Shown one piece after another: positions 56,829 to 64,000 of a stretch of DNA of 64,000 bases. The stretch spans positions 66,621 to 130,620 of the forward strand of contig CAZCNN010000001.1 of assembly GCA_964500505.1 (NCBI GenBank), written 5' to 3'. How positions within the stretch are numbered: position 1 is the stretch's first letter; each line of letters opens with the position of its first letter. This stretch comes from an uncultured Bdellovibrionales bacterium (GTDB lineage: Bacteria > Patescibacteriota > Minisyncoccia > Moranbacterales > UBA1568). The notes beneath the pieces are model-generated. The model had not been told where the DNA came from. It worked only from the letters and a program-made list of their open reading frames with translations, and did not search any database. Made by a program: the position numbers and the translations under genes.

Positions 56829-56946
56829 CTTGGGGGAGCAGAATGTAGAACATAGAAAGGAGAATGACGAGAAAAACCGACTGCTCGGCTTGCTTTGGGC
56901 CACGTTATTCTCTATGCTGTATTCAAGAATCACTATTCTCTATTCC

Positions 56947-58362
56947 ATGCAACTCTACAATACCCTCACCAAGCAAAAGGAAGCATTCAACCCGCTCCAT
57001 ACTGGCAAGGTGGGCATGTATGTCTGTGGGCCGACCGTCTATGACTACATCCACATCGGCAATATCCGCGCCTATACTTTTGCGGATACCCTCCGCCGGG
57101 TGCTTGAGGATATCGGCTACGAAGTGCGCCTGATCAAAAACATCACCGACGTCGGCCACCTTACCGCCGATGATATCGCCCAGGGTGATAGCGGTGAAGA
57201 CAAAGTCGCCAAAAAAGCAGCCAAAGAACACAAGACTCCGGAAGAAATTGCTCGGTTCTACGAGGAGTATGCCCTCACGACCGAGAAGCAGATGAACATC
57301 GAACCAGCTCATTACTTTCCCCGGGCCACGGCACATATCAAGCAGATGATCGTGCTCATCGAAGAGCTCATCGCCAAGGGTCACGCCTATGAGAAGAATG
57401 GCAATGTTTTCCTCGATGTGACGACCTTTCCCGACTATGGTCGTCTCTCTGGCAATACTCTCGCCAATCTCGAAGTGGGCGCCCGGCTCGAAGAGCATCC
57501 CGACAAGCGGAATCCGTGGGACTTCGCGCTCTGGCTCCATGCCCCCGAGGGACACCTCATGCATTGGCCCTCCCCTTGGAGCGAGGGCTATCCTGGCTGG
57601 CACATCGAGTGTAGCGCGATGAGCATGGAGTATCTCGGGGATACGCTCGATATCCATACTGGTGGTGAAGACAATATCTTTCCGCATCACGAAGCAGAAA
57701 TCGTCCAGTCAGAGGGGGTGACCGGCAAGCCATTTGTACGGTATTGGCTCCACACGCGCCACATGCTCGTCGACGGTACCAAAATGTCCAAATCCAAGGG
57801 GAACTTCTATGTCCTCGAGGACCTCATCACCCGGGGCTATACCCCAATGGATTTCCGCATGCTCCTCACAAGCGCTCACTATCGGAGCCAGATGAATTTC
57901 ACTTGGGAGTCGCTCGAGCAAGCGAAGAAAAACAAAGAAACGCTCTTTGCTATCGTCAGTCGCCTGTCTGATATTCCTGCTGCCGAAAACGATGCTACGG
58001 GATTCGATGGAGCTGAATCGCTCAGTGCGATACGGAGCGCCATGCAAGACGACCTCAATACTCCCGAAGCCCTTGCCCTCACGCTCGAACTCTCAAAGAA
58101 AATCAATACCCTGCTCGATAGCAAAGAACGGGTCAATGCTACCGTGCTCGGACTCGTATTTGAAAAAATATTTTTCTTCTTTGGTCTGGCTCTCGAGAAT
58201 CAGGTTATCCCCGAGGCCATCCATGCCCTCGCCAAAGCCCGTGACACCGCCCGCGAGAATCGTGACTGGGCCGAGTCTGACCGTCTGCGCGATGAGATAG
58301 CGACCGCGGGCTACAAAGTCGAAGACACCGCTCGTGGCTATCGTTTGAAAAAGGCAAATTAA
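56947..58362 (+). CDS. cysS: cysteinyl-tRNA synthetase
   Basis: Start at [19 protein letters not shown] (HIGH) and KMSKS motifs. Confidence 0.9.
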   Translation: MQLYNTLTKQKEAFNPLHTGKVGMYVCGPTVYDYIHIGNIRAYTFADTLRRVLEDIGYEVRLIKNITDVGHLTADDIAQGDSGEDKVAKKAAKEHKTPEEIARFYEEYALTTEKQMNIEPAHYFPRATAHIKQMIVLIEELIAKGHAYEKNGNVFLDVTTFPDYGRLSGNTLANLEVGARLEEHPDKRNPWDFALWLHAPEGHLMHWPSPWSEGYPGWHIECSAMSMEYLGDTLDIHTGGEDNIFPHHEAEIVQSEGVTGKPFVRYWLHTRHMLVDGTKMSKSKGNFYVLEDLITRGYTPMDFRMLLTSAHYRSQMNFTWESLEQAKKNKETLFAIVSRLSDIPAAENDATGFDGAESLSAIRSAMQDDLNTPEALALTLELSKKINTLLDSKERVNATVLGLVFEKIFFFFGLALENQVIPEAIHALAKARDTARENRDWAESDRLRDEIATAGYKVEDTARGYRLKKAN

Positions 58363-58363
58363 A

Positions 58364-58392
58364 AAGGAGCTCCCCGTAGGATGCTCCTTATG
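58364..58392. terminator. hairpin aaggagc-tccccgtaggat-gctcctt between convergent genes
   Basis: 7-bp stem, T-run on the minus side. Confidence 0.5.
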
Positions 58393-58422
58393 TTTAGGCT
58401 TTGTCTCACAGTGAGACATGGA

Positions 58423-58935
58423 CTACTTCTTGGCCGGTGGCGTGGCCTTCTTCAGCATCAATGGAGGTTGCGGCGGCACAGGCTTGACCGTATTGGCTGC
58501 CTGCGTTTCAGCTAATCTGTCCACTTCGTACAAGCATGATGCAGTATAGACCACTTCCATCAGGCGGCCGAAATCTGCATAGTGCAACGACTGCTTGAGC
58601 GCTATGGGAATCCTGACACAGGCCAGACTTTTCGGCGCAACCTGAGTGGCCGCAGCGTTGCGACCAACCCTGGTAGCGTTGTCTTGAGCCAGATTTCGTC
58701 GGATCTCCCAGTTCTCCAGCGCCGTCACACGACGTGACAGTTCGATGACCTCTGATGGGGTAGCTGTTGACTCCGGCGCTGCAGGACGCGGTTGACTGGA
58801 TCCTGGCAGCTGCGCGCAACCAGCCATGATCATGACCAACAGCATCAAGCCAAATGAAAAAGATCGTTTTCTGTGCACGGTTTGTGCCTCCTGTTGCACA
58901 CCTCCACCACGTAAGCGTTCCATATATTTACGCAC
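58423..58935 (-). CDS. lipoprotein (lipobox MAGC), hypothetical
   Basis: LLVMIMAGCAQ. Confidence 0.5.
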   Translation of the reverse strand: MRKYMERLRGGGVQQEAQTVHRKRSFSFGLMLLVMIMAGCAQLPGSSQPRPAAPESTATPSEVIELSRRVTALENWEIRRNLAQDNATRVGRNAAATQVAPKSLACVRIPIALKQSLHYADFGRLMEVVYTASCLYEVDRLAETQAANTVKPVPPQPPLMLKKATPPAKK

Positions 58936-59017
58936 GTTTTATCATTTTTGTCAAGATAAATTGACTTATAGAAAGTTCAAAGGTCGGGGCGTCACGCGGG
59001 ACACCTCGACCTTGATT

Positions 59018-59296
59018 TTACCCGCTTTTCGCGGGCGGTTCAGTTGGCGGGAGGAAAGAACGCTCGACACCCTCCCCACCCTGTACTTGCTCCATCGCGA
59101 CCCGTTGGGAGTCTTGGTGGATCCGGGCCCGTTTGACCCAGGGCAAGACGCCGATGAGTGCACTTACGAGCAGTACCACCGCAGTACTGATGATGGACAG
59201 CAATTTCAACCTCGTTCTCCTCTTGGTTAGGGTTGATTTTCGCACTTGAAGCACGATTTGTGTATTATACTCCTTTTTCACTCTATTGTCAACCAT
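59018..59296 (-). CDS. small single-TM hypothetical protein
   Basis: 92 aa. Confidence 0.35.
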   Translation of the reverse strand: MVDNRVKKEYNTQIVLQVRKSTLTKRRTRLKLLSIISTAVVLLVSALIGVLPWVKRARIHQDSQRVAMEQVQGGEGVERSFLPPTEPPAKSG

Positions 59297-59382
59297 CGCT
59301 ATATATCCACATATCCCCCATTACTGGCTTGGTTGCCATGAGCACGCTATAATGCAGTATGTTCAATTCTTGAGTTACCTTC

Positions 59383-60735
59383 ATGGCAAGCAAAACTGAT
59401 CACCTGCGCGTTCCCCCACACAACCTCGAAGCCGAAGCCTCGGTCTTGGGGTCACTTATGCTCGATAAAGACGCCGTCATCAAGATTGCCGATCTCTTGA
59501 AGCTCGGTGATTTCTACAAAGACGATCACAACCTGATCTATGAAACGATGCTCGCTCTCTACGAAGAACGTGAGCCAATTGACGTCCTGTCACTCTCAAA
59601 CAAACTGGAAGAAAAAGGCAAACTCGAGAAAGTCGGTGGCTCAAGCTATCTCGCGTCACTCGTAAACACCGTGCCATCGGCCGTGAACGTCGTCCACTAT
59701 GCCAAGGTGGTCCAGAAAAAGGCCCTCCTCCGTCGGCTCATCACGGCAGCGAGTGACATCATCGAGCTCGGCTATGACGAATCCGAGGACGCCCAGAAGC
59801 TCCTCGATGAAGCCGAACAAAAAATCTTTGCGGTGTCACAGAAGTACATCAAGCAGGACTTTATCCCGATCAAGTCCATTCTCGAGCTCGCGTTCAACCG
59901 TATCGATGAGCTCCACAAGAGTGACAATGCTTTCCGCGGCGTCGAGACCCACTACCCCGACCTCGACAACCTCCTCGCCGGACTCCAGAAGTCTGACCTC
60001 ATCATCCTCGCGGCTCGACCATCGGTCGGTAAGACGACCTTTGCTCTCGACCTCGCCCGTCAGGTGGGAGTCCACAGCAAGGTACCGGTCGGAATATTCT
60101 CGCTCGAAATGGGTGCAGACCAGCTCGTCGACCGTATGATTGCCGCGCAGGCCGGGGTCGACCTCTGGCGACTCCGCACCGGCAAACTCTCGAGTGAAGG
60201 CGCCGGTAATGACTTTGAGAAAATCTCTGATGCTATGGGTATCCTCTCCGAGGCCCCCATATTCATCGACGACTCGGGTTCGCTCAACATCATGGAGATG
60301 CGGACTATGGCCCGTCGCCTCCAGGCTGAGCATGATCTCGGCCTCATCATAGTCGACTACCTCCAGCTCATGGAGGGTCGCAGTTCCAAGGGCGACAACC
60401 GTGTCCAAGAAATTTCTGAAATCTCACGTGGCCTCAAGCAACTGGCTCGTGAACTCAACATCCCCGTCATCGCCCTCTCGCAGTTGTCGCGTGCCGTCGA
60501 ATCCCGCCCGGACCAAATCCCAAAACTCTCCGACCTCCGTGAATCCGGATCTATCGAACAAGACGCTGACGTGGTCATGTTTCTCTACCGTGAAGACCGG
60601 GTAAAGCCCGATACCCCGAACAAGGGCATCGCTGATGTCATCATCGCCAAGCACCGTAACGGTCCCGTCGGCAAGATCTCGCTCTACTTTGATGAGAACT
60701 CAACGACGTTCCGTTCACTCGAAACCAGTCACTAG
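59383..60735 (+). CDS. dnaB: replicative DNA helicase DnaB
   Basis: Walker A PSVGKT. RecA-like C-terminal domain. Confidence 0.9.
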   Translation: MASKTDHLRVPPHNLEAEASVLGSLMLDKDAVIKIADLLKLGDFYKDDHNLIYETMLALYEEREPIDVLSLSNKLEEKGKLEKVGGSSYLASLVNTVPSAVNVVHYAKVVQKKALLRRLITAASDIIELGYDESEDAQKLLDEAEQKIFAVSQKYIKQDFIPIKSILELAFNRIDELHKSDNAFRGVETHYPDLDNLLAGLQKSDLIILAARPSVGKTTFALDLARQVGVHSKVPVGIFSLEMGADQLVDRMIAAQAGVDLWRLRTGKLSSEGAGNDFEKISDAMGILSEAPIFIDDSGSLNIMEMRTMARRLQAEHDLGLIIVDYLQLMEGRSSKGDNRVQEISEISRGLKQLARELNIPVIALSQLSRAVESRPDQIPKLSDLRESGSIEQDADVVMFLYREDRVKPDTPNKGIADVIIAKHRNGPVGKISLYFDENSTTFRSLETSH

Positions 60736-60736
60736 T

Positions 60737-61333
60737 ATGCAATATCCCAAAGCGTTTCAGTCACTCATCGCGCATTTTTCGGCCCTTCCCTCGGTCGGTC
60801 CCAAAATGGCTGAGCGTATCGTGCTTTACCTCTTCAAGCAAGATGCCGAGAAGCTCCAGAGCTTTGCTGAGAGTCTCGAAGAACTCCCGCGTCTCAAGAG
60901 CTGTACCCGCTGCTACCACATCGCCGAAAGCGAGCTCTGTAGTATCTGCGCTGACAGTCGGCGTGATACTACCGCGCTCTGTGTCGTCGAGGAGCCCCTC
61001 GATGTCATCGCCCTTGAACGACTCGGTATCTACTCCGGTCTCTACCATGTGCTTGGCGGACTCCTCGAAACAGGCAAAAATGACAACAGTGGCAATCTCC
61101 GCATCAGCGAACTCCTCGACCGTGTCGCCCATGATGGGGTCGTCGAAGTGATTCTCGCCACCAACCCGACGACCGAGGGCGATTTGACGGCTCTCTACCT
61201 CAAGAAGAAACTCGAGGCCTCAGGGGTCAAAATTACGCGTATAGGACGAGGTCTCGCAACGGGAGGTGACATCGAATACGCCGATGAGCTCACCCTTAGT
61301 GCCGCCTTGACAAATCGTAAGGAACTGGCATAA
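60737..61333 (+). CDS. recR: recombination protein RecR
   Basis: C4 zinc finger CTRCYHIAESELCSIC plus a Toprim domain. ATG lies 2 nt after the dnaB stop. Confidence 0.9.
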   Translation: MQYPKAFQSLIAHFSALPSVGPKMAERIVLYLFKQDAEKLQSFAESLEELPRLKSCTRCYHIAESELCSICADSRRDTTALCVVEEPLDVIALERLGIYSGLYHVLGGLLETGKNDNSGNLRISELLDRVAHDGVVEVILATNPTTEGDLTALYLKKKLEASGVKITRIGRGLATGGDIEYADELTLSAALTNRKELA

Positions 61334-61360
61334 TTATCGTATCTCAACCAGGAGACAACG

Positions 61361-61555
61361 ATGCTCGTTTTGCTTTTGCCAGACGGCAAAAAAATCCCAC
61401 TTGAGCCCTACGAAGCGGACAAGAGTGGGCCGGCTTTTTTCCCAGTCGCACACATCGATATGGCAGCGTCACATTCTTCGAATGGTCAGTTGCCCCTATC
61501 GGAACGTATGGCGACCGCTGGCCTCATCATGAACAAGCAACCCTGGCAGCTGTAG
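61361..61555 (+). CDS. small hypothetical protein
   Basis: SD aggaga. 64 aa. Confidence 0.4.
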   Translation: MLVLLLPDGKKIPLEPYEADKSGPAFFPVAHIDMAASHSSNGQLPLSERMATAGLIMNKQPWQL

Positions 61556-61576
61556 CTGGGGGGGGTAACCTCAAAG

Positions 61577-61638
61577 CGGATCCGAACTCGGACCCGCCTT
61601 TTTCTTTGCTGGAACGAAAAAACCACCCTTTCGGGTGG
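61577..61638. terminator. back-to-back terminators (gcggatccga...cggacccgc + T-run; ccaccc-tttc-gggtgg with A-run for rplU)
   Basis: Two hairpins between convergent genes. Confidence 0.6.
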
Positions 61639-61647
61639 CTTTGATAT

Positions 61648-61956
61648 TTAGGCGGAAATCTTGGTGATTTCGACTTCAGTATAGGCCTGACGATGGCCAT
61701 AGCGGACCAAGTAGCGCTTCTTTGGCTTGTGCTTGATACCCTTCACTTTGTCGTGACGATCCTGGGCGACGACTTTGCCCTCTACCACAGCCTTTTCGAG
61801 GACTGGAGTCCCGACATGAGCCACTGTTTCATCCCCGACAAAGAGCACCTCAAACTTCACGAGGCCGTCAATTTCGGTGTCGAGTTTTTCAATCTTGACC
61901 TTGTCTCCCTCTGAGACTTTGTATTGTTTGCCACCCGTTCTGATAATCGCGAGCAT
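61648..61956 (-). CDS. rplU: 50S ribosomal protein L21
   Basis: MLAIIRTGGKQYKV. Confidence 0.85.
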   Translation of the reverse strand: MLAIIRTGGKQYKVSEGDKVKIEKLDTEIDGLVKFEVLFVGDETVAHVGTPVLEKAVVEGKVVAQDRHDKVKGIKHKPKKRYLVRYGHRQAYTEVEITKISA

Positions 61957-62023
61957 ATGCCTTTCGTAAGCCAATAATATACTTGTCCACTGTACCGGAT
62001 TTGCCTGATTCTGTCAATGACGC

Positions 62024-63790
62024 CTAGGCGAGGACTGCTTTGATACGTCTGACCCCGGCTGAGCTCGCCTCTTCTTTCACGATTTTGAAGGTGCCAAAGG
62101 TAGCGATATCAGCCGTAGTGACGACATGAGGACCACCACAGAGTTCGCGCGAATAGATGGTCCCGCCTGGAGCGACTACCTGGTACACAGTCACTTTTTC
62201 TGGATACTTCTCCCAGAAGCTCCCCTCTACCCCCTCACTTTTGGCGACGTCCTTGTCCATGACCGTCGTCCCGACGGTGGCGCCAGCTTTGATCGCTTCG
62301 TTGACGTAGCTTTCCACCCGATCGAGGACCTCACGAGGTACCTTTTCCGGGTAGGTAAAGTCAAATCGGGTACGCTCTTCGGTGATGTTGGACCCGGCCT
62401 GATGCACTCCGTCACCAAGCTCCTTGCGGAGGGCGGCGAGCATGAGATGGGTCGCAGTGTGGTAGGCGGTCACTTTGGCACTGTGATCCGCGAGACCGCC
62501 CTTGAACTTGCCGGCACTCGCAGTACGCGAGAGGTCCTGGTGCTTCTTGAATTCGGCCTGGAAAGCAACCTTGTCGATGGTCGCTCCCTTCTCTCGCGCC
62601 AATTCTTCGGTCATTTCGAGAGGGAAACCGTAAGTAGAAAACAATTCAAAGGCATCCTCTCCGGTGAGTGTCCCAGCTTCTGTCCGCCGTGCTACCTCTT
62701 TGAGCCCTTTTGAGATTGTGGCTCGAAACTTGGACTCCTCGCGCGTCAACTCACTCAAAATAGTTGCCTCGCCTCGCTTGACTGAGTCGTAGACGGGAGC
62801 AAAGAGCGTGATATAGGCCTGGGCGATTTGTGCTACCACGGGCTCCTCATAGCCCATCTTGTAAAACTCGCGGATGGCGCGACGGATGAGTCGGCGGAGG
62901 ATATAACCCTGGTCGACATTCTTCGGTACCACCCCGTCGGCTATCATATGGGTGGCTGCCCGCAAATGATCTGCAATGATCCGACCCGAACGCTCAACAT
63001 AGCGCTCGGGACCCACGAGTGTCCGGATCTCATGGAGTACCGGTGCGAAAGCATCGGTTTCGTAGACATTCTTCTGGCCATTCAAGGTCACAATAGTACG
63101 CTCAAGTCCCATGCCAGTATCCACACATGGGGCTGGCAGTGTATCGAGTGTGTCGGCATCAACTCGGTTGTACTGCATGAACACGTTATTCCAGATCTCC
63201 ATCCACTGCTTCGGATGAGTCCCCTTGTTACCCTCTGGCGCTCCTTCGCCCACCCAATAAAAGATTTCCGTATCTGGTCCACAGGGACCCGTCGGTCCGG
63301 CTGCCCACCAGTTGTCTTCGGCGGGGAGATAAGCGATACGTTCGATTGGTACTCCAAGAGACTGCCAGATACTGGCTGATTCTTCGTCACGCGGAGCGTT
63401 GTTATCACCTTCAAAGACTGTGACCGAGAGCATAGCCGGATCGAGCGCGAGCCACTCTCGGCTGGTCAAAAACTCCCAGGACCAGGTGATAGATTCTTGC
63501 TTGAAATAGTCACCAAGTGACCAGTTGCCGAGCATCTCAAAAAATGTCAGGTGCGTATCGTCACCAACATCATCGATATCACCCGTCCGCACACACTTCT
63601 GGACATCCACGAGGCGCTTGCCCATCGGATGAGGCTTGCCGAGGAGGTACGGCACGAGCGGTTGCATTCCAGCTGTATTAAACAGAACCGATGGATCGTT
63701 CTCTGGTACAAGCGGAGCTGATGGGATCACCTCGTGACCCTTGGTCTGAAAAAACTGGAGGTATTTCTCACGGAGTTCGTTGGTATGCAT
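62024..63790 (-). CDS. alaS: alanyl-tRNA synthetase, compact form (588 aa, lacks C-Ala domain)
   Basis: Class II core plus editing-domain motifs HTATHLM and CGGPHV. Confidence 0.9.
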   Translation of the reverse strand: MHTNELREKYLQFFQTKGHEVIPSAPLVPENDPSVLFNTAGMQPLVPYLLGKPHPMGKRLVDVQKCVRTGDIDDVGDDTHLTFFEMLGNWSLGDYFKQESITWSWEFLTSREWLALDPAMLSVTVFEGDNNAPRDEESASIWQSLGVPIERIAYLPAEDNWWAAGPTGPCGPDTEIFYWVGEGAPEGNKGTHPKQWMEIWNNVFMQYNRVDADTLDTLPAPCVDTGMGLERTIVTLNGQKNVYETDAFAPVLHEIRTLVGPERYVERSGRIIADHLRAATHMIADGVVPKNVDQGYILRRLIRRAIREFYKMGYEEPVVAQIAQAYITLFAPVYDSVKRGEATILSELTREESKFRATISKGLKEVARRTEAGTLTGEDAFELFSTYGFPLEMTEELAREKGATIDKVAFQAEFKKHQDLSRTASAGKFKGGLADHSAKVTAYHTATHLMLAALRKELGDGVHQAGSNITEERTRFDFTYPEKVPREVLDRVESYVNEAIKAGATVGTTVMDKDVAKSEGVEGSFWEKYPEKVTVYQVVAPGGTIYSRELCGGPHVVTTADIATFGTFKIVKEEASSAGVRRIKAVLA

Positions 63791-63793
63791 ACC

Positions 63794-63910
63794 CGGTAGT
63801 GAAACTTCTACAATTTCTTACAAAAAATGTTGAAGTGTAACAAATTATTATAATTCTAAACGTTTCTATTTGATAGGTTTATCTGAATGCTGGTCGAAGT
63901 TCTACTACCG
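63794..63910. repeat. 20-bp near-perfect inverted repeat (cccggtagtgaaacttctac / gtcgaagttctactaccggg) flanking a 75-bp AT-rich spacer upstream of alaS
   Basis: 18/20 complementary. Confidence 0.45.
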
Positions 63911-63926
63911 GGCATAGCAGGAGAGG

Positions 63927-64000
63927 TTAGGTAGTATTCATCTTGCGTTTATGGCGGGCGATTTCATCAGTGAGCGTAGCAATCTTTCGCTCGAGCTCGT
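63927..64000 (-). CDS. 3' end of an unknown coiled-coil-like protein (partial)
   Basis: Open frame ...ELERKIATLTDEIARHKRKMNTT stop. Only 24 codons are visible. Confidence 0.3.
   Translation of the reverse strand, partial: ELERKIATLTDEIARHKRKMNTT

Noticed and set aside
63791-63930. T-box riboswitch leader for alaS
   Set aside because: The conserved T-box sequence (AGGGUGGNACCGCG) and specifier-loop context are not found by eye. Only the inverted repeat is reported.

Overview
This 64 kb window looks like a chromosomal segment from a small-genome bacterium with about 52% GC and a Gram-positive-type envelope. A Patescibacteria/CPR-like origin is possible but not proven. TGA is a genuine stop codon: prfB carries the classical CTT-TGA-C +1 frameshift site, so the genetic code is standard. 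About 70% of the window is core housekeeping. It includes hrcA-grpE-dnaK with a perfect CIRCE operator, groES, priA-def-fmt, gltX, cysS, a compact alaS, dnaB, recR, rplU, prfB-ftsE-ftsX, yidD, corA, tRNA-Gln and tRNA-Thr. It also holds a roughly 21 kb cell-envelope glycopolymer locus (838-22413): a flippase, five GT4 and two GT2 glycosyltransferases, a nucleotide-sugar dehydrogenase, an O-antigen-ligase-like protein, an LCP ligase and CtpA, with a WecB/TagA gene nearby at 27767-28492. Three regions look accessory or foreign. (1) A 490-aa GC-rich orphan gene with its own consensus sigma70 promoter and a 16-bp hairpin leader sits in the middle of the glycan locus (9898-11545). (2) A compositional mosaic at 32.2-37.6 kb abuts tRNA-Gln and a 24-bp direct repeat of that tRNA's 3' end. 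It holds an AT-rich orphan, a GGDEF cyclase, a Cas4/RecB-like PD-(D/E)xK nuclease, Cys-rich secreted proteins and an S51 peptidase. (3) A stretch at 41.1-50.7 kb starts at tRNA-Thr plus an orphan tRNA 3' half. It carries an extracytoplasmic redox operon ([2Fe-2S] ferredoxin, a secreted protein, a tandem-thioredoxin DsbA-like protein), a DM13-like protein, small orphan genes with TTACGTAA-N4-TTACGTAA palindrome pairs, and an AT-rich module of a ClpP-like protease, a membrane protein and a lipoprotein. A perfectly conserved 19-bp motif sits 15-17 nt upstream of two unrelated genes, the GT2 gene and the Cas4-like nuclease gene, and recurs as an inverted pair at the left edge of region 2. No CRISPR array, integrase or transposase was found. 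All calls come from reading the sequence and ORF translations; no database search was possible.
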